A stretch of DNA of 63,395 nt, counting the filler, from Octopus bimaculoides (lineage: Eukaryota), in the NCBI RefSeq assembly GCF_001194135.2. It is 6 parts of 6 records of this genome, joined end to end, with 100 filler letters (N's around TTAATTAATTAA, not from the genome) between each part and the next. Parts side by side here need not be neighbours in the genome. Positions count along the whole stretch, not along the records: positions 46,950 to 61,419 come from NC_068995.1; positions 61,520 to 63,395 come from NC_068987.1; 4 more parts are not named here. One strand, given 5' to 3'. Positions 51,643 to 63,395 of the stretch are shown here, piece by piece (position 1 is the first letter of the stretch; each line of letters starts with the position of its first letter). The notes under the pieces were generated by a model that was given only the letters and a program-made list of their open reading frames with translations, did not search any database and was not told where the DNA came from. The translations under genes were made by a program, and so were the position numbers.

Positions 51643-51879
51643 TTATGTAATATTTAAATATATAAAAAAAAGAAAGAAAATGTTTTGTTTTTTTTTTTCC
51701 TCTCAGTCTTGTTGTTGATTTTCTGCTTTATTTGTTATCCTTCTTGCAGCTGGCTGAATACTAATGTCCACTAGTCCTGCTTATGTGTCAGGAGATCAGC
51801 GAAGTGTGTGCATGCGTGAGGGGCCTGGCATCACACACAAGGACACCAACACCACACCCTCTTCTCTCGACTCCTCTAT

Positions 51880-52290
51880 CTCTCTCCACTCCTCCTCCTC
51901 CTCCTCCTCCTTCTTCCTCTTCCTCCTCCTCCTTATCTCTTTCCTTACTCTCACCCCACTGTTGCCCGAAACACCACCACAACCACAACCACCACAACCA
52001 CCACCAGCACAACTGCTGCTGTTATTGCCATCGGTGGCGGCAGGTTCACCAACCTCTCCACCACCACCACCACCACTACTACAACTACCACAACCACCAC
52101 AACCACCACCACAACTACTACACCTACTACAACAATTACTCTTCATACTTCTACTCCAACCACCCATTCAGTCCACTTCATCACCGCCACCACCACCGCC
52201 ATCATCATCATCACCACCGCCGCCGCCACCACCCTCATCAGCATCATTGCTACCATTGCCATTACTACAACTCCCACCCACTCAGTACAG
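51880..52290. repeat. (CCT)n/(ACC)n/(ACT)n/(ATC)n low-complexity tract
   Basis: Direct reading of the repeats. Confidence 0.9.
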
Positions 52291-52490
52291 AACAGAATAA
52301 TTCTAAACATGACCAGGTAATCTCTCCCTCCGGGGTGCACAAGTGACAGCTATTTAGCCCTTTCTTCGCCCGGTCATCTGGCCTTCTTCAATCACACAGG
52401 AACAAAGTTAGTTAATTGCCAGGTAGGCTCTATAAATTTGTCCCTCTATTTTTGATGTTGTCATCTGTGTCTCCTTCCCTCGTTTCCCCC

Positions 52491-52527
<37 letters not shown>

Positions 52528-53415
52528 TAAGCACTGTCCTTCCACTCCCACATGTTGTAACTCCGTTTCCATGTTGTCCATTCCATCTAGTCCATCCATG
52601 TTCATCACTCTCTTCTTCCCTAGGCATGCTGCCATACCGTCTCACATGTGGCCCAGAGCAAAACCAGCATGAAACAAGCTCTGAGCTGTAAAAACACCCC
52701 TGAAGTACAACAAAAGCACCTTGTTCTGGCCCTTCTTGTCTTTTGACTTAAGAGAAAACTCTACACTTCTTTTTGGAAGTCAAGCAAACTGTTTATTGTT
52801 GTCGTTGTTATTATTCTATTTCTAGATGTTGTTGAAAATTATGTAACATCTCCAGTAGAAAGTAAAAAACATCAAGAGAGACATTTAGCTGTTTATGTAT
52901 CTGTGTCCCCTGAAGATCTCACATTTATTCTGAATCTGAGAAACCGCTTTCTGCATAGCAAATCAATCAATTCTTTCTAATATTCAATTCTTTATTAATA
53001 GATTGATTTATATATGTAGTATTTATGTCTATTTTTTTTTTTTCAAATATATTTATAAATGAAGTTAACTATTCTCAACAAACCGTTACAAAATAATATT
53101 AGTGTATTACTAATTTATAACATTTTTTCAACTATGAGCAGTTTTAAAAAACATTTTAGGTTTGCCATTGATGAATACTAATAAATATCATTACTGTTTT
53201 ATATATGAGTTTGTGGGGATATATTGTCTGGATGGATGATGTTAGCTCTCAATTGGATTCCAGATGCTGGTTAATGACTATGGTCAGTATCGCAAAGCTG
53301 CATCAGCAACAGTTAGTAGTCGCTGCAGTGGAAACACGTGTAGGTCATTGTGATATGTAGTATATAACTATAAGATAAATTTTTGGGGATGTACAACTCT
53401 CCATACTCCTTATTA

Positions 53416-53466
<51 letters not shown>

Positions 53467-53496
53467 AAACAAACACATATATATAGATACAGGTAT

Positions 53497-53650
53497 AGCC
53501 GTGTGATAAGAAGTTCGCTTCCAAACCACATGGTTCTGGTTTCAGTCCCACTGTGTGTCACCTTGGTCAAGTATCTTTTGCTATAGCCTGAGGCTGACCA
53601 AAGCTTTGTAATTGGATTTGGTAGACAGAAACTGTAAGAAACCTGTCACG
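53497..53650 (+). mobile_element. SINE family A head/core (further partial copies at ~34190-34315, 37515-37600, 58975-59130, 62333-62490)
   Basis: Colinear with 20646-20810 but with CpG to TpG/CpA changes (ccgacc to ctgacc, gacgg to gacag). Confidence 0.85.
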
Positions 53651-53672
53651 CACACACACATATATGTCAGTA

Positions 53673-53707
<35 letters not shown>

Positions 53708-53904
53708 CCTTGTCTTTACATTTCATAATAGCTGAAAAGGAGTGTCACTGTTGTATGGGTAGTGTTACACATTTCCAATGTCCTGTGAAAACATGTCTGA
53801 CAATGAGGAAGGGCATCTGGCCATAGAAAATCTGCCTCAATGAATTCTGTGATGTATGCAAGCATGAAGAAGTGGATGTTAAAACAAGGATGATGTTGAT
53901 GATG

Positions 53905-53936
<32 letters not shown>

Positions 53937-54338
53937 AAATAAATAGAGAGAGAGAGTGAGAGAGAGAGAGAGATTGTGTGTCTGTGTGCATGTAAATATG
54001 AGTGAAAGAAGATGGAAATAGACTCTGATAATCTGTCTCTTATTTCACTGTTATGAAAACTAGTAAATGTTATGAGGTCTCTAAAGCTGTACTTCAGTTT
54101 GATTTTTACTGTTATTCATTGATTAATACAACATGAACATGTTGTTGTTGTTGTTGTTTAGCCATGGGTCACACATTGCTATGTTACAAGGCATCACAGC
54201 CATGGATATTCTCATGTGTGTGTGTGTGTGTGTGTGGTGGATCTAGGACAACATCTTTTTCTTTTTAAATATAATATTTAAATATGATTTGAAGTGGGGG
54301 TTTAGCTACTATGTAACAGTTTGCATGGTTACATAGAG

Positions 54339-54620
54339 CAGGGGTTTTCAAACTTTTTGATTTGCGGACCCCTTTATATTTCAGGCTTTACCTTAGGGAC
54401 CCCCTTATAAACGCTTATGAAATTTATACATAAATATTTGCTTAAAATAACATATATTTTTACATTTATTTATTTAACAGTATTTAACAAATAGGTTTAT
54501 TGTCAATTAAAAGATTTCGATTAAAAAACATATATAAAATCAAATTGCCCATAAAAAGTATTTGCTGTCTTGTCCTTGCGGACCCCTTGTGATCCGCGGA
54601 CCACAGTTTGAAAACCCCTG
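54339..54620. mobile_element. Intact 282-bp hAT-superfamily MITE
   Basis: Perfect 16-bp TIR CAGGGGTTTTCAAACT / AGTTTGAAAACCCCTG and perfect 8-bp TSD ACATAGAG (54331-54338 and 54621-54628). Confidence 0.95.
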
Positions 54621-54653
54621 ACATAGAGAACCTTTTGCTAACTTGAGTACACT

Positions 54654-54684
<31 letters not shown>

Positions 54685-54711
54685 ATAGTAGCAGTAGTAG
54701 TAGTACTAAAC

Positions 54712-54938
54712 TGCTTAGTATCTAAACTAGCCATATCAGGCCCAGATATTTTATCTGTTTCATGTTCAAATCTGCCAAATCTGGCCTTTCACACCTACCC
54801 TAAAATGTCATTGTAAAAATGAAGAATCACATCGTCAGAATTTCGAAGCTACAAGATAATGTATGATTAATTCAAAGCAGTGTGAATAATTAATTAAGCA
54901 TTACATTTGAAAGAATAATCTGAATGCTAATGGGTTAA
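54712..54938. mobile_element. Second copy of the 51080-51286 piggyBac-like MITE
   Basis: Colinear internal sequence; ends gaatgctaatggg|ttaa. Confidence 0.8.
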
Positions 54939-57900
54939 ACTCCAGGTCAACACTGATTGAACCAGGCCTATAATCAAATTTAGTCCATTTGTGACCATCC
55001 CATCCCATCTTTTCATTTTAGGCACAATATTTCAGAATTAAACATGTTCTTTTTTTAAATTTTTTTAAAAATAAAAATAAGAGCAGGCTGTAATTTGAGG
55101 GCAATTTTGGCTACTCTGTTTTACCAGGATGAGTGACCACATATATGCGCTCTCATTGGTATGGCTGTATAGTGCAAATGTACTTTTTGTTAGTGTTACT
55201 GTTATGTCAAATAGACATTAAGTCAACAGTAGAATGAGTTATTAGTTCATAGTAATTAATATATATTGATCACTCTCTTATCTTTTATGGTGATTTATGA
55301 TGTACATCTGCATAATCTCACTCATCAATTTCCTGAGCCAATGTCCTAGACTCTTGAATAACAACAGCTCGGAAATGAAGTGGCAGGTTGGGGCTGATTG
55401 GAACTTGTTTGGTGGCTAGCCAAGACTCACATTAAACAAGGACCATTAATTATACACATAGTCTCCAACTCTTGCTCTCTCTTTCTCTCTCGCTTACATA
55501 ACATGTCAAACATACTGATGTACATGCGTTGAGAATAGATATATGTGTGTGTATGTGTGCGTGTGTTTATACATGTTTGGATGACAAACTACAGAACGAG
55601 TATTCAATATATGCTCAGAGTTTGTTCATTCATTCGAAACTCTCACAACTTCAGGTTTTCCACTTTGTAATTTTTTCAGGCGGAAAAAATATATATATAT
55701 GCATATATATTGTTTACATCATAAAATTTTATAAACATCAAAAGAACATTGAAATAATTCATTTTTAACTGCAAAAATTGAAGTAGGTAAAGCTATAAAT
55801 AGTAACATATAAATATTTGGTTAAAAACATTTTCTGATAGAAAAAAAAAAAAATTGGAGGCTGTCCTTCAGACTTAAACTTAGATTTTCTGTAAACAAGA
55901 CAGATATTCTACCATTGGACCAAAACAATCCTTTGAAATTAATTCTCTGCCATTTTTAGAAGCTTTGTTCTTACCTATGATAATTGTATATTGTTAACAC
56001 TATAAAAATTTAGAAACTTCAAGAGAATGTGAAATAATTCATTTTTGACCAGGGATCTTGAAGTAAATTAAGCTATATAAATAATAACATGTAGAATATT
56101 GGATAAAAAACCCTTTAGGATAGGAAAAATTGAAAGCTACCCATGGGACTCAGTCCCACATTTTCTGTAAATGTAACTAACATCATATACAGTGTATATA
56201 TTGCAGTAGGCTGCAATATCCATCGACAGCAAAGCTTTTGTTGCTATTAGAAGTATACTCTGTGTATGAGCTTCAAATCATTAGTTGTTGATAATCTGGA
56301 CAGCTCATCCTGGCCCTAGTTAGCCTATGCACAATTGCTGGGCATACAATCTCTGTTTGTCCAAAGTGAAATCATATCCCTTCTGCATATTATTATTATT
56401 GGGGGACTACTATCACTCAGCTCCCCTTGACGTGTAAACTGATTTATAAACCTGACTCCACCAAACTTTCCCTCATCATGTGATATGACAGTAAGTGATG
56501 TTAATGAACTCTGAAAAAATTCTATACATCACTGACCACTTGACACCGAAAGACTGTCTCCTCCACCACATGGAGCAGATATGAAATCAATTTCCTATTT
56601 CAGCTTTGCCAAAATATACAGATGATTTCAGCTGATGAAAGAAGATCTAATATTCTTATCTAGTAGCCATTTTAAAATTCTCTTCACTCTGTCCCTGTAC
56701 ATCTAATATAGTTTCTTTCATAGGTACAAACATGTAACTAAGTAATGTGAAGTTAAGCTAGCTTGTTATTAAATTCACTTATTTGGGTTGTACAGTTTGA
56801 CTGAAAACTGGTAAGCTAGGAAGCTGCACCAGTTTCCACTCTGATTTGGCATGGGATCTACAGTTGGATGCCCTTTCTAAGACCAACCACTCTAAGAGTA
56901 TAGTGGATGCATTTATATGCCACTGGCTCACGTGCCAGTTCTGCAGCACTTGCATTGGCCATGACTATAATCTCACTTGGTTTGAAAGGTTTTTTTTCAA
57001 GCATGGTGTACTGCCAAAGGTCTCAATCCGTTGTCACTGCCTCTGTGCGGCCCAACGTTCAACATTTTGATATTAATGAAAAATTCATTAAAATGACTGT
57101 TAATTTTGTCATTATTATTAAGTAGGTATTTAGGACATAAATTAACCTGAAATTTTATAGAAGGTTTTAATTTAGATCACCTTAAAATAGGGAGTTTATA
57201 ATACAGAACCAGGGAGGGTATCAGACAGATTGATATCAAAAGGGTTCAAGTTTTGAAAGATGTAAAAATTTTGAGGTTACAACAGTGAAAATTGCCTCAA
57301 GGTTTACGTTAGTATAATATTGAATGAACCATTTTTTATAGGTACCACTAGTTTTCAAAGAACCCCACCATTCTAGTTTCTGGTTTTGATAAATTCCTCC
57401 TCATACAGGCCATCATTATTAGTCTACCAATTCCAGTGACTCTCAACTCCATACAGTGCAAATGTTTCTTTTAGGTACCAAAATTATTATTTATTTCTTT
57501 AAAAGCTTATCTCCCACCCCTCCCCTAATAATATAAATGTATTTGTCTTTCATATATCTACATTAGTTCACCCATCACACTGCTTGCATGCTTTCTCCAA
57601 GCATGACCACCACCACCACTACCACCCTCCATTGAATTTAAATTTCAGAGATTGTAGTCGACTCTATATTTATTTTCACTGCTCCACCCCCTCCACCACC
57701 ACCGCCACCTTCTTCACTGACCACCATGTCTTTCTGCCTGCCTGTCTCCCATATTTCTCTATCATCAACTTATCTCTCTCCCTTTCTCTTTCTCTCTCTC
57801 TGGTTGTCTCTCTCGCTCACTCTCTCTTTTTCTACCACATCTTGAATGTCTCCTTGATGTTGTCCAATAGTTTGCATGCATTTAGTATATGATGGATCTT

Positions 57901-58032
57901 CATCTTTTTGTTTCATTTGCCTGTTTTCATTTTTTTAACCAGGTTCTAGAATATTCCCTTTGGGACGGTCATCATGCCAATGCCGGACGCATGCACCGGT
58001 CCATTTTCACTTCTCTATTATTGATCAGTTGG

Positions 58033-58406
58033 TTAACTATTTAACCATTTAACCAATCGTGTGCTTGGGTTGTCATTCAGTCAACCAACCAATTGTGTTT
58101 GCCAAAGTCCTTTCCTTACCATCCGCAACCTCTCCAATTACATACCCACTCCACCCCAAGTCAGCTTTGAATCTGTCTGTCTGTCTTTTAATTTTGTTTG
58201 TCTTCTCGCATACATTCCCACTCACATCCTTACAACTACATGAACATCGATCCTAAAACTAAAAGACACACATCTGAAGCTGACCTGGTATAGAGAGTGC
58301 GTGTCATTGAAGAGGCCCCGAATGGTAATCAAAGGACTTTGACTAACGCAACTGATTGATCCACGAGCTGGATGACGAGCCAAACAATGGTTAGGGTTAA
58401 GGTTAA
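58033..58406. repeat. Diverged ~370-bp fold-back inverted repeat
   Basis: ccaaagtcctttccttaccat pairs with atggtaatcaaaggacttttga, and aagtcagctttgaatctgtc pairs with gacacacatctgaagctgacct. The outer ends are ttaac and gttaa. Confidence 0.7.
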
Positions 58407-59130
58407 TAAAGAAGTGAAATAGAACCTGTGTGTGTGTGTTTATTGGTATAGTGACCCTCCCAAGATACCACAAAATCTGTTTCAACTCATGAGTCCACAT
58501 CAAGAATCTTAGAAATAAAATACCAAAATAGAATGTTCTATGCTTTTTCTTTATGATTAAAGAACAAGAATTTAAACTCAAATCTACTAAATGAAATATT
58601 GTTTTGGTATGATCTATATATGTGTGTGTAATACCAGATACACCTGTTTCATTATGTTGTTGTTATCGTTAGTATTATTAATATTATTATTAAGAAAATG
58701 TTGTTGTTCTTATTTACATTTTATGCTTTCTAACAGTTTCATGCAGATGTTTTACTGCACTTACCCGATGCACTTCTGTCTTATTGAAGTATGTGCAGTA
58801 TTGTCTTTTGGATGTGAAGAATATTTTTGTGTTGATTCTTTGCAGAGCACCAAGCTGGTCAATATGTTTGCTATCCATCTACCTATGCCTCTATCTATAC
58901 ATTCTGAGTTCAAATTCTGCTGAGTTTCGTTTTCACCTTTCATCACAGGCACTGGTGTGGCTGTGATAGGTGCATGTGTGACTGTATGTTAAGAACTTTG
59001 CTTCCGAACCACATGGTCACAAGTTCAGTTCCTCCATGAGACACTTTGGGCAAGCATCTTCTTTTATTATATCCTTGAGCTGACCAAAGTTTTGTGAATG
59101 GATTTGGCTGATGGAAACTGAACAAAGCCC

Positions 59131-59166
<36 letters not shown>

Positions 59167-59682
59167 TCTCCTTATATCATCTTCGTATGTTTGTTGTAAA
59201 TGAATGTCACTAACATTCAAGTTGTGTCCTCTGCTTCTAATCATCACCATCATTTCACATTGGTTTTTCCATGCTGGCATGCATTGGTGTCGTATAGTGA
59301 AACTGTATACCCCTCTCAGTAAGAAGTGGTAAAGTTGACCTCGGTGGAATTTGAGCTCAGAACGTAATGACAGATGGGATGCTGCTAAGCATTATGCCCG
59401 GCATGCTACTGATTCTGCCAGCTCACTGCCCTAATAATAATAGTAATAATTCATTATTTTATTGGCCCCAAGGGTTAATATAAATAAAAACATTAATGGA
59501 CAACACAAGATGACATACAAAGGGTTTTGTAAAAAAAAAGAAAAGCATTCATGTAAACATTTGATAATAATAAAACAATATAACAAGTAAAAATCTCCCA
59601 ATAGGGGGAGCTGCTTTAAAGGTTACTCGTGGAAAAACCCATAAAAGCCACGGGCACCTGATCAACATGGCAAGAGCCCTTC

Positions 59683-59719
<37 letters not shown>

Positions 59720-60674
59720 GTCGACAGAATAATAATAATAATTCTTTCTAATTTAGGCACAGTGCCAGCAATTTTTGAGGGGAAGGTCAGGTAGTATTAG
59801 CGACTATTAATAATAATAACAGCAACAACAACATTTCTTTTTGTGTGTTGATTATTTATCTGACTCGGGTTGCTGGGTTTGGAGCCAAATTATTGTTCTT
59901 GTTAATAAAGGCCTCTTTGTTCTGTTCCTTGAATTGCACCATTTAAGCTGCACACTTGTATAATGTCAGTTAATGCCAGCCAGTGTTTTTAATACTGCAG
60001 ATGATAATAATAATAATAATAATAATAATGATAATAATGATAATAATAATATTAACTACTGCAGTACATGATGAATTTTGGAGTGTTAGATTGTTGTGCC
60101 ATCCAGGCACACCAGCGACATTTTTTCTGAATTGCAGATTTTAGAAGAACGAAGAGCAAAAGACCAAAAAAAAAAAAAAAATTATTTTAAACCAACGAAA
60201 AAATTTGTATTGTTTCTTGTTTTCTTTCTTTGAGAATTAATTAATCTTATGCTTACTTGTGTATATTTTTGTGGAGGAAATAAAGTAAAACTCATTTATC
60301 TGGTGTGTGTGTGTGTGTGTGTGTGTGAATGGATGTCGATCATCCATCATCATTGTCATGATGTCCACTTTTCTGTGCTGGCATGGGTTAGATGAAATTT
60401 GTTGAGGCAGATTTTTCTACAGCTGGATACTTTTCCTGCCACCAACCCTCACCTGTTTCCAAACTAGGTCGTATTTCTCCACCATGGCCAGACAGGTTTT
60501 CATTGAGTTTTCGGAACCTAAACCCACGTGGCTCAGATGTAAGCTTTTCAATCATACTTCCTTGTGTAATAGTAACATTTGTTTACAACAATCAGTCATT
60601 CTTTCAGTTTCTATCTACCAAATCCATGCCTCATTCTGCCTTGAAGGGGTTTTAGGTACGAATCAACTGCAAAA

Positions 60675-60795
60675 CTAATTTTTTCAAGTATGGTACTTGT
60701 TTCATTGGTCTCTTTTTTGCTGAACTGGTTAAGTTATGGGGACATAAACAAACTAACACCTGTTGTCAAGCAGTGCTGAGGAACAGTCACAACAT

Positions 60796-60860
<65 letters not shown>

Positions 60861-61050
60861 CACGTGTAAAAAATAGCCTGTTATACATATATTTGTATAT
60901 ATGTGTTTGTGTCATAGACTTCTTTCAGTTTCGTTTTATCAAATTCACTCGCAAGGCTTTTGGTTGTTCCAGGGCTACAGTAGAAGGCATTTGCCCTTGG
61001 TAGCATGCAGTGGGGCTGAACCTAAAACCACACGCCTGAGAAGTAAGCGT
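60675..61050 (-). mobile_element. SINE family A, diverged
   Basis: Tail, internal (CA)n, then reversed core ttctttcagtttcgttttatcaaattcactcgcaaggcttt. Confidence 0.8.
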
Positions 61051-61054
61051 TTCA

Positions 61055-61061
61055 ATGTATG

Positions 61062-61092
<31 letters not shown>

Positions 61093-61419
61093 GATGTATA
61101 TGCATGTATGTATATGTATATATATGCATGTATGTATATGTATATATATGCATGTATGTATATGTATGTATGTATGTACGTATGTATGTATATATGATAT
61201 GCATGTATGTATATATGATATGCATGTATGTATATGTATGTATGTATATGTGTATATGTGTATATATATATGTGTATATATATATGTGTATATATATGTG
61301 TGTATATATATGTGTATATATATGTGTGTATATATATATGTGTATATGTGTGTATATATATATGTGTATATGTGTGTATATATATATGTGTATATGTGTG
61401 TATATATATATGTGTATAT
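61055..61419. repeat. Higher-order TA/TG minisatellite (units of about 20-22 bp)
   Basis: Repeated tatatgcatgtatgtatatgta and tatatgtgtgtatatatatgtg units. Confidence 0.9.
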
Positions 61420-61519
61420 NNNNNNNNNNNNNNNNNNNNNNNNNNNNNNNNNNNNNNNNNNNNTTAATTAATTAANNNNNNNNNNNNNNNNNNNNNNNNN
61501 NNNNNNNNNNNNNNNNNNN
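61420..61519. other. Assembly join spacer
   Basis: 44 N + TTAATTAATTAA + 44 N. Confidence 0.95.
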
Positions 61520-61609
61520 AGCTGCAGCAGCCTTTATGTTCGTGATGCTCGCGTTCTGGTCTTTCGTCGTCTTCGAGGACCCGGTCAGGTTACGCCGCTG
61601 ACACGTCGG

Positions 61610-61850
61610 CCTTTCCTGCTGTACTCTTCCACCACAACTTTCTCTCACTCTTACTTCCTGTTTCTGTTGTGCCTGTAATTCAAAGGGTCAGCCTTGTCAC
61701 ATTGTGTCACGCTGAATATCCCCGAGAACTAAGTTAAGGGCACACGTGTCTGTGGAGTGCTCAGCCACTTGCACGTTAATTTCACGAGCAAGCTGTTCCG
61801 TTGATTGGATCAACTGGAACCCTCGACATTGTAAGCGAGGGAGTGCCGCC
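61610..61850 (+). mobile_element. SINE family C, 3' part
   Basis: Close match to 7535-7775. Confidence 0.9.
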
Positions 61851-61944
61851 AACAACACTAAATACAAGGACCTCAGCCTAGGAATGACAAAACTGAAAAT
61901 TAAAACGCACTCACAAGTTACATACTGAACTCATTATAAGAGAA

Positions 61945-62714
61945 AGGGATGAAGGATGTTTCATTTAATTCCATTCTTTAGGTTCTTGACTACTTCTCTG
62001 CCAATATTGGGCATATAAGCAATGAGCATGGTAAGTATTTTCCTACAGGTCCCTGTTAAAGAAAATAGATATCAAGGGAACTTCATGTGAAATATGAGGG
62101 GTGATTATTGTTGGTTCCTGTACAAAGGGAGATTTTTATTCCACAAACAACAAATGTTGAGACTACAACAAAGTCTCACTTCACAATAGGAACTTACCTT
62201 TTGGTAGGATTGACTTAATGATCTACATACATTGATTAGATGATTGGGTACTGGGACAGTAGGTTTGTTGGCGAAACTCCACAGTCTGCCCTTAGTCAGG
62301 AGAAAGAAAGGCAAATTTTGATATTATTTAAGTATGGCTATGCGGTAAAACAGTTTGCTTCCCAATCACATAGTTCTGACTTCAGCCCCACTGTGTGACA
62401 CCCTGGGCAGGTGTCTTCTGCTATAACCCTTGTCCAACCAAAGCCTTGTGAATAGATTTGGTAATGAGAAGCTGAAAGAAGTTTGTCATATATATATATA
62501 TAAATATAAGGTGTATCATGAGCATTTATAGAACATGTATCCTATAGAAACTCAACAAACAATTCAAGATGGAGAAGAGAAGGTGTTATGAGTTTTATAA
62601 AATTTTAATCCATGCATGCGATCATTTCAAATGGTAATATCAACATGTAAGAAACATGGAAAAAATTAATTTAATTATAATCAAATTAATTACATATTAC
62701 CATTTTCCTCAGTG
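61945..62714 (+). mobile_element. DNA transposon 3' remnant, probably CMC/Chapaev3-like, interrupted by a SINE
   Basis: LDYFSANIGHISNEHG (61985-62032) and, after a frameshift, ENRYQGNFM*NMRGDYCW (62061-62114) match the HLDFFP.NLG.VSDEHGERFHQDI..ME.RYQG....MM.DYCW transposase tail. The end reads ...cattttcctCAGTG (reverse complement of CACTG). The superfamily name is from recall, not a search. Confidence 0.65.
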
Positions 62715-63253
62715 CTAAAAAAGAATACATCAGAAGAATATTATATTGTTAGAGAAGATGGAGTGAGTGTCATATATGTGATGTAAAAGAAGAAAAAGAT
62801 GGAAGTGGAGAGAGAATTGCGGTAGGCTTACCTGTCGGTCCAGAAAAGGGTCACTTTCAATGTCCACGTGCTCTGTCTCGATCTGCAAGGTTCACTCAAC
62901 ATCCTCATGTGCTATCCGTCGCTGTTCAGTCTAATACATCTGCTCTGAAGCGCTGTTCACCACCGACTGACTCCTCACACTTCACTGACCCTGCATGCCC
63001 AATGCGGCCTTCCGATTGGACCCACAGGCCCCACTTCCAACAGGACATGCCTATTCCCTTACTTTCGATCCTTCCCTACAACACAGCCTGGTTCATAACA
63101 TCACAATTTAATATGTTCGGACATTCATAATATAATTATGAAAGATTAGGTAGTGTTGAGTCTAGTTGTGTATGAATTATAACTGATGCGGCAAATGAAG
63201 ATAAGTAATTAAGTGATAAACATTCCATTTAAAGTATTTATCATAAGAAGTAA

Positions 63254-63296
<43 letters not shown>

Positions 63297-63395
63297 TAGA
63301 TAAACATAGATATGTTTCGACCAAAGATTAGTCCAGGCCATGTCTAACTTAATAGCACCACTTGATAGGATTATCTAAATCCTTTTTACAGTCAA

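Noticed and set aside
51750-52300. Acceptor ccttcttgcag at ~51750 and ORF 51764-52300 as exon 2 of the IGFBP-like gene
   Set aside because: All three phases hit a stop within 8 codons of the acceptor, and the ORF is trinucleotide-repeat derived.
58388-58406. Interstitial telomere
   Set aside because: Only one exact TTAGGG; better explained as the fold-back element end.
59870-60150. Further Penelope GIY-YIG remnant
   Set aside because: Only a weak C..S.K...CLDG resemblance, too decayed to support without a search.
62850-63130. ORF 62909-63130 or a Helitron/Penelope remnant
   Set aside because: Fragments such as AAFRLDP and EQRR were suggestive but on opposite strands, with no ordered motif set.
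63310-63350. Minus-strand hammerhead (…ggtcgaaacat)
   Set aside because: GAAAC is present but the CTGANGA half is not; at most a decayed Penelope terminal motif.

Overview
Repeat-saturated, AT-rich animal genomic DNA with dense (TA)n/(CA)n/(TAGA)n/(TACA)n/trinucleotide microsatellites and many N gaps. The SINE families and microsatellite load resemble a coleoid cephalopod (Octopus-like); this is pattern recognition, not a database result. Five identical 100-bp spacers (44 N + TTAATTAATTAA + 44 N) split the window into six joined segments, so long-range contiguity is uncertain. I can support only one host coding exon: 40037-40487 (+), encoding a signal peptide, an acidic Ser/Thr-rich spacer and an unusual 8-Cys IGFBP/CCN-like module, ending at a phase-1 GTAAGC donor. 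No downstream exon was found. Everything else decodable is mobile DNA: three Tc1/mariner remnants plus a mariner MITE, hAT and piggyBac-like MITEs with TSDs, a non-autonomous Helitron, a Chapaev3-like remnant, Penelope, RTE, CR1/L2 and R4/Dong-like LINE fragments, and several tRNA-headed SINE families. Best leads: the reduced-cysteine IGFBP-like protein, a tRNA-headed element carrying a hammerhead-like motif (26696-26860), a pre-miRNA-sized hairpin in unique DNA (32340-32388), an R4-like derivative abutting (ACAT)n arrays, and a left-to-right drop in CpG retention. No CRISPR array, rRNA or convincing tRNA gene was seen. Almost all supplied ORFs are microsatellite or N-gap artefacts.
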